A stretch of DNA of 64,000 nt from Barthelona sp. PCE (lineage: Eukaryota). The DNA lies in NCBI GenBank assembly GCA_040285745.1, contig JAUFOR010000001.1:1-64000 (forward strand), read 5' to 3'. Positions 52,715-61,002 of this stretch are shown piece after piece. Position numbers and translations under genes: made by a program. How positions within the stretch are numbered: the first letter of the stretch is position 1; each line of letters begins with the position of its first letter. The notes below the pieces were generated by a model, which was not told the DNA's origin, searched no databases, and was given only the letters and a program-made list of their open reading frames with translations.

Positions 52715-54209
52715 TCCATTATTGAAGGAAGCCCGTCTTTCAAGCAATATAAAAGCATTTGTTCTTGAGAAACTGACCGATGAAACTCTTAAAATAACGT
52801 TTTTTATGGGTTCTCTGTTCAGGAAAAACGTTTTCAAAGGACATAGCATCGCAATTGAATTTGGCAAGTTTAGAAAAACAATGGGTATACTGCCCTGTAA
52901 CTTATTCTATTCGACTCCCACTGACATCGACTTGGAATCGTTGGATTTTGCTAACAAAACTGCTATCTATGGAGCAAAGAGTGAAAAAAGTGTACTTGGC
53001 CGCCTTTCCTTTCTGGATAGATCATGCACTTCTTTTTCTCTTTCACAGCATCCACAGCGCACACAGTACAACTCGTGCTTGACGTATTTTGATGATATTA
53101 CTATGGGACTCGTTTACTGTTATCTTGACAGAGATCTCATCATCTTGCAGCCCTTCAATCCTGACCTTAAAGACAGCGACTATAACATCTTGGTGAATGA
53201 ACTTAAAACACCCCATTTCAGGGATGGTCGTACCATTTTCTACGCAACTGTCTTTTGCCATGAAAATAAGCTCTGTCATTTGGAGCTTTGTTGTGGAGAG
53301 GATGGCGTGACTGTGCAGCCGCTGACCAGAGTCAGAGGTGAACTACTTGACTGGATGTATGGAAGATCATTGGTACTTGGTGCTGGTGGTGTGTATCTCG
53401 GTGAAGAGCTGATTGTTGACAACGAAGGTGCGGTTATAGAATGTCACAATGTCTGTGCTGCAGGAGAGAATACCCTTGTCGTGTCACTGCCCGAGAATGC
53501 CGTGTTTGTTAGATTTGATAGCGATGGAAGAATTGAAACCAGGATTAAAATCCCATCCGAGGGCGAAACGCATCGCCTTTGCCCGCACCATATGCGCGAA
53601 GACCATAACTTTCAATTATTTCAGGTTTCTGAAGGTTTCAACGATTTCAGCATTAAGTGTATTAATTGGGATACTGGGGTCATTAGTAACTCTGTTAGTG
53701 TTCCTTCGGAGGGATACTTCACATCTGGAAACAACATTGAATTTGCTTTTCAAAAAACAGAGTTCGAATTCGCTATGGACGGTGAGCTTACTTTTGAAGA
53801 CCGGAAAAGTAGGCTTAAGTTATCTGTAGAACATGACTACGGGCAGGATTGCACACAAATTTTTGAGTTTGATAACTTTGTGTGTTCTGTATCTACATTT
53901 CCTACATCATTTCATGCGAAAGATGAAAAAATTACTGTGACATATGATATGGCTCATTTTGTGTCCAAAGCGGACATTCGCCATCTCTACTTTGACGTCA
54001 GTGAATGCTGCAAGATGGTTAACGAGTGTAAATTTGGTGAATAATTATGCAGGTTTACTTAATTCACTGTAAATAATAAATTTTTGACTTTTTAACAGCT
54101 TTTGGTTAACGATACCCCTCACCTTGGCTATTTACGAAATGTAAAAGTTACTTTTATGCTAAGAATCTTTAAACTCCTTTCAAGTCAGTAGTACAGTCAA
54201 TTTATAAAG

Positions 54210-57128
54210 ATGACTGATTTAATGACTGATATTACCGTGGGCCTGACAACCGAAGTCGTCAACAATAGACTGGACAAATATGGTCCTAACGACTTACCTC
54301 CTGCTCCCACCTCATCATTCTTTAGACTACTTTTAGAGCAATTCAATGATAGGATGTCCCTATTTCTGTTATTTAGTTGTTTACTTAACGTTATCCTGAT
54401 TTTTTGGGATGATGAACCCATTACGTGGCGCTCTGTTACCGAACCTGGTGTCGTTCTACTCATCCTCGCTGCCAATGGCGTCATTGGTGTTCTTCAAGAT
54501 CTTAACGCTGAAAAAGCTGTTCTTTCACTAAAGCAATTTGAAGTGCCAATGTGTAAGGTGCTTCGAGACGATTCGTGGCACGTTGTGGAATCTGTACATC
54601 TTGTTCCTGGTGACGTTATCGAACTCACAGTAGGAGATATGGTTCCTGCTGATTGCGTTGTGCGAAGCTTCCCTTACAAGCAGCATCTTGAGGTTGTGCA
54701 GTCTGCATTTACAGGAGAAACAAACACCTTCTTCAAGGACGCATTCACCGGCACCGAATTCATAGAATCTGCCGAGGTGGACTTGAACAGTAAGACGATG
54801 GTCTTCAGTGGTACCCGCGTTGCCTCTGGCCGCGCAATCTGCACAGTAACCCACACTGGCCGTAACCGTGTGCTGGGTGGTATACAAGATGCCCTATTCG
54901 AGGATGACGGGAACGTTTCACCTCTTACAACGCAACTTGATGTATTTGGCGAGCAACTGTGGTGGATCATTGTTGTCATCTGCGCGCTTGTTTTTGTCAT
55001 TAACATTAAGAACTTCACTCTTCCTGAACACAGCAGTAAGGCCAAGGCAGCACTGTATTATTTCAAGACAGCCATTGCGCTCGCCGTTGCAGCCCTCCCA
55101 GAGGGCCTCCCCACGGTTTTGACGATCGTTACCGCGCTTGGATCACGCAGAATGGCGAAGAAAAGTATCATTGTGCGCCGTCAACGTGCTCTCGAAACTC
55201 TGGGCTGTGGAAGCGTTTTGTGTACAGACAAGACTCAGACAATGACGACAAACCGTATGGTTGCCCACACTGTGTGCTATCCAACGGACGAATACGAGGA
55301 GATCGAGGAGCATGCTGTGCAGCACAAAGGATTCCTTCCGTTTTCAGGAGCTTTCCCTGAAGAATTTAAGGGTATCACGAACTCCATCGCTTTGAAACTC
55401 ATCTGTGTTCTTTGCAACCACTCGAAGCTTGAAGAAAAACGCGAAGAAAACAACATTTCGGTTCGCTACTTCGGATCTCCCACAGAGGCTTCGCTCATGT
55501 GTCTCGGTGAGAAACTGGGCGTTTGCACCATCGGCCGCGAGGATACCTCCTGGGAAAGCGGCGCTCTCCGCGCCACGTACACCGAGCTGGTTAACCGTTA
55601 TGAGATTGAGCACCTTGAAGATTTCACACGTGAGCGTAAAATGATGACTATTGTCGTCCGCGACCGTCACACAGATCAGGTCTTCGCACTCACAAAGGGT
55701 TCTCCGTCCATCATCCGAGACACCTGCTCTTCTTTTATGAATCCATCAGAAAAACAGGGTTCATTCTATGACAAGAGAGATATCAGGCAGTTTGATACGT
55801 TCTTGCGCAACGCGGTTGGAGATGTTGAGCACAAAATGGCGCTCGAGCACGGCAGCCGCATTTTGGGATTCGCAATCAAGCCTCTCGCTGATAAGTACGA
55901 TTTGTCAACAATTGAAGAGAACATGACATACGTCGGTTTCGTGTGTATCCAAGACCCCCCTAAGGAGACAGTTAGACCAGCAATGGAGGATTGTAGAAAA
56001 GCAAACGTTCGCGTCATGATGATTACTGGCGACAGCCTGTCCACTGCACTGTCTGTTGCTCTGGAGACAAGTCTCATTGACAAAGAGTACGACCATCACA
56101 CCGTGCTGAGCGGCGCTGAATGGAATGCTCTATCAGATGAGGACAAGGTCGATCATATCAAGACACTTCGCGTCCTAGCACTGGCAACACCGATGCACAA
56201 GCGCGAGGTTGTTGAGTTATTGCAGGCCGAGGGCGAGGTTGTCGTCATGGTTGGCGACGGTGTCAACGATGCTGCTGCAATCAAGCGAGCAGACGTTGGC
56301 GTGGCTATGTGTGACGGGTCGGACGTCACGAAGCAAGCAAGTGATATGATTTTGCTTAACAACGACTTCGCAACGCTCACAAACGCAGCCATCAGGGAAG
56401 GGCGTATAATGTTCTTCAACTGTCTTGCCTTTTTGAAGTTTTTGATTTCCAGCAATTTCGGAGAAGTTGCTTGCATTTTTTTCGCCACGCTGCTCAATCT
56501 ACCATCGTTTCTCAGTCCCGTGCAGTTGCTATGGGTCAACCTTGTCACCGACGGACTGCCCGCAACAGCCCTCTCTTTCAACAAGCCTGATAAGAATATC
56601 ATGAAGCAGAAGCCAAGGAAACGCAACGAAAAACTGGTTACAACCGAGCTCTTTATTAGAATGGTTATTGTGGGCATATACATCGGCGTTGCAACTGTTT
56701 TTGCGTACTGTTTTGAATTCGTATACGCCAAAAACGGGCCCGGTATGTCATGGAGCGAGTTCTTGATGTTCTGCAAGGAGATGGTGCTCTCACACGAATT
56801 ATTAACTCCTGAACTGCAGTATTCGATGGCCAAGGCATCAACACACGCCCTCAGCGTACTTGTTGTTATTGAGATGTTTAATGCATGGAACTGTCTGTCA
56901 TTTTCTGAGAGCATATTCACCTTCTCATTCAACACGAACTGGCTTGTCCTGTTTGCCACGCTGCTCTCACTGCTTCAACACTACATCATTCTTGTAGTCC
57001 CGTTCTTGCGTGAAGTCTTCGGAGTTGTGCCCTACAACGTGTACGACTGGATTTTTATTATTGCAATTAGCTTGCCTGTTGTGCTCGTTGAAGAAGTGTA
57101 CAAGTACATCTATCGCCGCTGTAAATAA
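54210..57128 (+). CDS. P2A-type (SERCA-like) Ca2+-transporting ATPase
   Basis: LVPGD, FTGET, AALPEGLP, CTDKTQT, MITGD, GDGVND, SSNFGE, QLLWVNLVTDGLPATAL, IEMFNA. Confidence 0.93.
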   Translation: MTDLMTDITVGLTTEVVNNRLDKYGPNDLPPAPTSSFFRLLLEQFNDRMSLFLLFSCLLNVILIFWDDEPITWRSVTEPGVVLLILAANGVIGVLQDLNAEKAVLSLKQFEVPMCKVLRDDSWHVVESVHLVPGDVIELTVGDMVPADCVVRSFPYKQHLEVVQSAFTGETNTFFKDAFTGTEFIESAEVDLNSKTMVFSGTRVASGRAICTVTHTGRNRVLGGIQDALFEDDGNVSPLTTQLDVFGEQLWWIIVVICALVFVINIKNFTLPEHSSKAKAALYYFKTAIALAVAALPEGLPTVLTIVTALGSRRMAKKSIIVRRQRALETLGCGSVLCTDKTQTMTTNRMVAHTVCYPTDEYEEIEEHAVQHKGFLPFSGAFPEEFKGITNSIALKLICVLCNHSKLEEKREENNISVRYFGSPTEASLMCLGEKLGVCTIGREDTSWESGALRATYTELVNRYEIEHLEDFTRERKMMTIVVRDRHTDQVFALTKGSPSIIRDTCSSFMNPSEKQGSFYDKRDIRQFDTFLRNAVGDVEHKMALEHGSRILGFAIKPLADKYDLSTIEENMTYVGFVCIQDPPKETVRPAMEDCRKANVRVMMITGDSLSTALSVALETSLIDKEYDHHTVLSGAEWNALSDEDKVDHIKTLRVLALATPMHKREVVELLQAEGEVVVMVGDGVNDAAAIKRADVGVAMCDGSDVTKQASDMILLNNDFATLTNAAIREGRIMFFNCLAFLKFLISSNFGEVACIFFATLLNLPSFLSPVQLLWVNLVTDGLPATALSFNKPDKNIMKQKPRKRNEKLVTTELFIRMVIVGIYIGVATVFAYCFEFVYAKNGPGMSWSEFLMFCKEMVLSHELLTPELQYSMAKASTHALSVLVVIEMFNAWNCLSFSESIFTFSFNTNWLVLFATLLSLLQHYIILVVPFLREVFGVVPYNVYDWIFIIAISLPVVLVEEVYKYIYRRCK

Positions 57129-57131
57129 GTA

Positions 57132-57968
57132 TTAGTATCCCACTAAGACAGTGATGATACCGATGATACCGCCGAAGACATTTCCCCATATAATAAGCCA
57201 TCCAAGGTGTTCTCTGATAATACCCTCGATCAGGTGCTTAACGTCGTCCGGTGACATTTCTTTCAGCTTCGAACGCATCAAACGATCGATCTCGATCTTG
57301 AGCCATGAGAATGTTTCGTCGCTGTTCTCTGTGAAGATTTTTTTGATGATTGGGACTGCCTGTACCGCAAACGATGCTGCGAAGGGCTTGACGACAGACT
57401 TGAGGTGGGTGGGGGTGATATTGAACATCGTTAAAAACATCGCCTCGGGTCGCTGACTAAACTCTGCAAGCTTCACGTCAATCAAACGATCGACATCTGG
57501 ATCATCGACAAGCGAGCGGAGCTTTTCCTCCAGCTTGAGCTTGTTAAAGAACTCGGATCCTTTTGTCTTGAAATATCGTTTCAGGAAGCGCTCATCGAAA
57601 AACATCGTCATGATCATTGTTTTAAATGCTTCCCTGATCTCCTTAAACTTGTGAGTGATGACACCTGAGCCCACAAGTAGGGGTACCTTGTCGAAAAGCA
57701 TCTTAATGGCTAACCAGTTGGTTATACCTCCGGAAAATCCAAAAATTCCAAATGATAAGACTATATCCGTAATTTTCTTATCAATAAGATTGCCTTCGTA
57801 TCGTAAAAAGATCCCCACGCACATTACAACAAAAAATATGATGTTTGATACATTTCCCTTATGCCAAAATCTCTTCTTAAATCCTAAACCGGTAGAGATC
57901 TGATTTTCCGTAGCTTCAACGGGGTGCTGTTTTGATGTCTTAAGGTTGGCTGCCGCTGCGCTCCTCAT
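57132..57968 (-). CDS. DUF445-family membrane protein
   Basis: GGITNWLAIKMLF and C-terminal HLGWLIIWGNVFGGIIG signatures. Confidence 0.8.
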   Translation of the reverse strand: MRSAAAANLKTSKQHPVEATENQISTGLGFKKRFWHKGNVSNIIFFVVMCVGIFLRYEGNLIDKKITDIVLSFGIFGFSGGITNWLAIKMLFDKVPLLVGSGVITHKFKEIREAFKTMIMTMFFDERFLKRYFKTKGSEFFNKLKLEEKLRSLVDDPDVDRLIDVKLAEFSQRPEAMFLTMFNITPTHLKSVVKPFAASFAVQAVPIIKKIFTENSDETFSWLKIEIDRLMRSKLKEMSPDDVKHLIEGIIREHLGWLIIWGNVFGGIIGIITVLVGY

Positions 57969-58264
57969 ATCAGTGCAAAGGTGCGAGAAAAAGGCGAAAG
58001 AAGTGATAGCAGTAATTTTCTAAAGTTATCCCTCTTCAACTGTCCACTCCAGTACTTTAACAGTTTCAGCGTCGTTTGACAAACAGTAAACAAAATTCAC
58101 CTGCATTTACTAATCACCTCGCAACGCCTTATAAAAAGTACACCATATTCACTATATCCCTTTAATGTCTGCAATATCTCAGCTCACCATCAAATAAAAG
58201 TTAGCAACTTGCAATTCCAAATTATTCCAATATTTTTGCAAATCGGCTTACCTAAGCTTTTAAA

Positions 58265-59356
58265 ATGACTAATAAGGGGTATGACATCACCGAGGCTCAA
58301 GCGTTTGGCGCATTTGAATGGACAAAGCCAAATCCGAATATTTTCCAAAAAGCATTCAGAAACACTATTGGACTAGTTTTAGTTCCTATTCGCTTTCTCT
58401 GTTGGAACATTGTTCTGTTTTTCATTGCAATTTTTGCAGTTATTGCAATGATTGGAGCTGACAAAAAGGATGTCACCAAACATCCAATTAGACAGTGGCT
58501 AATTGTCAAGTGGTCGAGAGCCTGGGTGCGCGTTGGTCTCTTTTTGTCTGGTTTCTTCTGGATCAAAGTCAAGGGTGAGAGAGACCCTGATGCATCTGTA
58601 TTTATTACTAATCATCAATCATGGTGTGACCCCTGTTGCGCCATCATGGAGTTGGGCGCGGGCTTCATTTCAAAAATTGAAAACAAGAAGGTCTACGGTG
58701 TCGGAATTATCGCTCAATGTATCGGTTGTATTTTTGTCTCCAGAGACAGCGAGGAATCCCGCAAACAGGCGCAAGAAGACCTCACCGCTGGTATTAAGAA
58801 CCCCGATCGCACCATCTGTGTTTTCCCTGAAGGCACCATCACCAACACCAAACACTTGTCCAGTTTCAAGACCGGTGTGTTTGTGGCCGGTGAGCCCATC
58901 CAGCCCATCCTCTTCCGTTATGATCTTGGCTGCATGCCGCCTCATTGGGTTGCTGGTAACATGTTTGCCAACTACTTCAAGCTCTGTATGAATCCCTGGA
59001 ACGGTATCACTATTGAGTATCTTCCCACATATCACCCGAACGAGGCAGAGAAGGCCAACCCCCAGTTGTATGCGCACAATATGCAGAAGGTTATGTGCGA
59101 TGGCCTCGGTGTCACTGCCGAAGTTACTGGTTATCAGGAGCACCGTTGCGCTCTTGACTACTATAACGGTAAGCTGACATGGGAAGAGGCAGTTGATAAA
59201 GTCATTGGTGTCCGGAAGACACGTTACGAGAAGCACAAGAAGTTTGTCCAGGAAAGCGGCGCAGAAGATCACTGCTTTGTTTCTTATATGGGAGAGGAAG
59301 AGGAAACAGTTGAAGAGCCCAATGAGCAACTTCAGGAGGAGGAGAGTACCGAATAA
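58265..59356 (+). CDS. Lysophospholipid acyltransferase (LPCAT/LPEAT-like, PlsC domain)
   Basis: NHQSWCD (HX4D), IFVSR, FPEGT, FKTG; N-terminal TM. Confidence 0.92.
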   Translation: MTNKGYDITEAQAFGAFEWTKPNPNIFQKAFRNTIGLVLVPIRFLCWNIVLFFIAIFAVIAMIGADKKDVTKHPIRQWLIVKWSRAWVRVGLFLSGFFWIKVKGERDPDASVFITNHQSWCDPCCAIMELGAGFISKIENKKVYGVGIIAQCIGCIFVSRDSEESRKQAQEDLTAGIKNPDRTICVFPEGTITNTKHLSSFKTGVFVAGEPIQPILFRYDLGCMPPHWVAGNMFANYFKLCMNPWNGITIEYLPTYHPNEAEKANPQLYAHNMQKVMCDGLGVTAEVTGYQEHRCALDYYNGKLTWEEAVDKVIGVRKTRYEKHKKFVQESGAEDHCFVSYMGEEEETVEEPNEQLQEEESTE

Positions 59357-59376
59357 ACTCTGTAGATTGTTAATGT

Positions 59377-60849
59377 TTACATTCGAAAATAAGAGCTGTC
59401 CTTTGGAAGGAATATTTTGGCCTCACCATGATCTAAAAATATTGGAAGCTTACCCTTCGTGATTGTAACGCAATCTGTGGGGTAGAAAATATTGCATACG
59501 GTCTGTCCAGCTCCATATGGGTGGTCGTTAGCATACCAATTCATTTCACCAGCGCCCTGTCCAACATTGGTAAGGGCAAAGAATGCATCGCCTCTGTAGT
59601 AACCCAGCATGTTGTCTGAAGCAAAGGACACCTCAAAGTCAGCGTCCAAGTCAAGAGCGCCAGACTGGCGGAACTTAAATAGCTTTGCCTGATAGAAGAA
59701 TATGGGAGTCGACTCTGTATATCCCGACCACCACAGAGGTTGACGGTTGTAGGGGTCTCCAGTCTTGCCGTTGTGACCCATGAACCCAGCCTCGTCGCCG
59801 TAGTAAAAGATAGGTATATCAAAGCCCATGAGGAAAGTAAGAGCGTTACTGAGCTTATAGAAATCACTGTTTGCGTATGTAAGGAAACGGGGATTGTCAT
59901 GGTTGGACACAAAGTACCCAAGCGTCTTGTAGTCATTGTACGACGCCTTGAGCGAAGATATGGTGCCTGCAAGGTCTCTCATCGACTGACCGTGTGCAAG
60001 TGTGTTGACGGCTGTGAAGTATACGGGGTATGCAAGCACGCCGCTCAACTGATCTTGATAGGAGGCGACGTAATCGACACGACCGTTGAAAATCTCACCA
60101 ACCATATAGACCGGGACAGCATCCTGGAACTTCTTCCAAAACCACTTGGGAACCTCAGCCACGGTGTCAATACGTAGGCCATCAATGTCGTATAGCTTCA
60201 CAAGATCAACAACAGACTTGATGAGAGTGTCAGCGACGAAACTGTCCTCCTGCTTGAGATCACATAAACTACCAAGCCAACAATTCTCAACCTGCTCCTG
60301 GTTATTCCAGTCCGTGATGTGACAATCTGGGTGGTAAAACTTGGCGTCTGTAAATGATTTGACCAATGAAAAGTCGTACTTGTGATCACCGAGGCTTGTG
60401 ACAGGTCCGGCATGGTTGGCAACAAAGTCGACCATAACAGCGATGTCCATAGCGTGGCATGCATCTACAAGATCCTTTAGATCCTGAGGGCTGCCAAAGT
60501 GAGGATTCATACAATCCTTTGCGTCCCAGCACGCTGTGAAGTATCCGTGGAAGCCGTCTGGGATATCACTGCGGCCCGCCCAGTCGGTTTGCGTGAAAGG
60601 AACACTGATCCATATGGCATCAGCAAGCTTTGAAATGTACGGGAGCATTTGCTTAATGCCTTTGTATGTTCCACCGCAATACTTGAGATCCTCAAGGTTG
60701 CATGTGGGAGAAGATACTGTGTCTGTTGCAAATCGATCAGTTAAAAGCTGATAGATGGTTCTACCTCTCCATTCATCTGCAGACAGTGCATCTGTCTGTA
60801 TGAGCAAAATAGCAAGTAGAATGAAAACGGTGGCCCATGTGGCTTTCAT
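59377..60849 (-). CDS. Secreted alpha-amylase (GH13, Taka-amylase-like)
   Basis: Signal peptide; IYQLLTDRF, DFVANH, GLRIDT, GEIF, NHDNPR with the catalytic D/E/D. Confidence 0.95.
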   Translation of the reverse strand: MKATWATVFILLAILLIQTDALSADEWRGRTIYQLLTDRFATDTVSSPTCNLEDLKYCGGTYKGIKQMLPYISKLADAIWISVPFTQTDWAGRSDIPDGFHGYFTACWDAKDCMNPHFGSPQDLKDLVDACHAMDIAVMVDFVANHAGPVTSLGDHKYDFSLVKSFTDAKFYHPDCHITDWNNQEQVENCWLGSLCDLKQEDSFVADTLIKSVVDLVKLYDIDGLRIDTVAEVPKWFWKKFQDAVPVYMVGEIFNGRVDYVASYQDQLSGVLAYPVYFTAVNTLAHGQSMRDLAGTISSLKASYNDYKTLGYFVSNHDNPRFLTYANSDFYKLSNALTFLMGFDIPIFYYGDEAGFMGHNGKTGDPYNRQPLWWSGYTESTPIFFYQAKLFKFRQSGALDLDADFEVSFASDNMLGYYRGDAFFALTNVGQGAGEMNWYANDHPYGAGQTVCNIFYPTDCVTITKGKLPIFLDHGEAKIFLPKDSSYFRM

Positions 60850-61002
60850 TTTGATGAATAAAACAACGTTTGAAGAGAAAAGGATAGAAAAAAGTTATGC
60901 AAATCTGGGAATATTCATTTGATTGCAAGAATTAGAAACCAACTGCAATGACCAACAGGCGGCACTGGTATCAAATCATTTTCAAACAATATTTACACAA
61001 AA

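Larger units (their letters stand above)
45892..54044 (+). pseudogene. Family X gene disrupted by retrotransposon insertion (5' part 45892-46631, 3' part 52715-54044)
   Basis: Joining 46631 to 52715 gives ...INLLNM-F-PLLKEARL... in frame (2070 nt, 689 aa), collinear with VNLIERFPQLKRL in ORF 66..1919. Confidence 0.88.

Noticed and set aside
45787-54044. ORFs 45787-46650 and 52722-54044 as two independent genes
   Set aside because: They are halves of one interrupted gene; the first reads into repeat A1 and the second lacks an early ATG.
56153-56959. Long antisense or alternate-frame ORFs (this one, 58670-59329, and those within GRP94, MROH1-like and the element)
   Set aside because: Shadows of well-supported genes with biased codon usage; no motifs.
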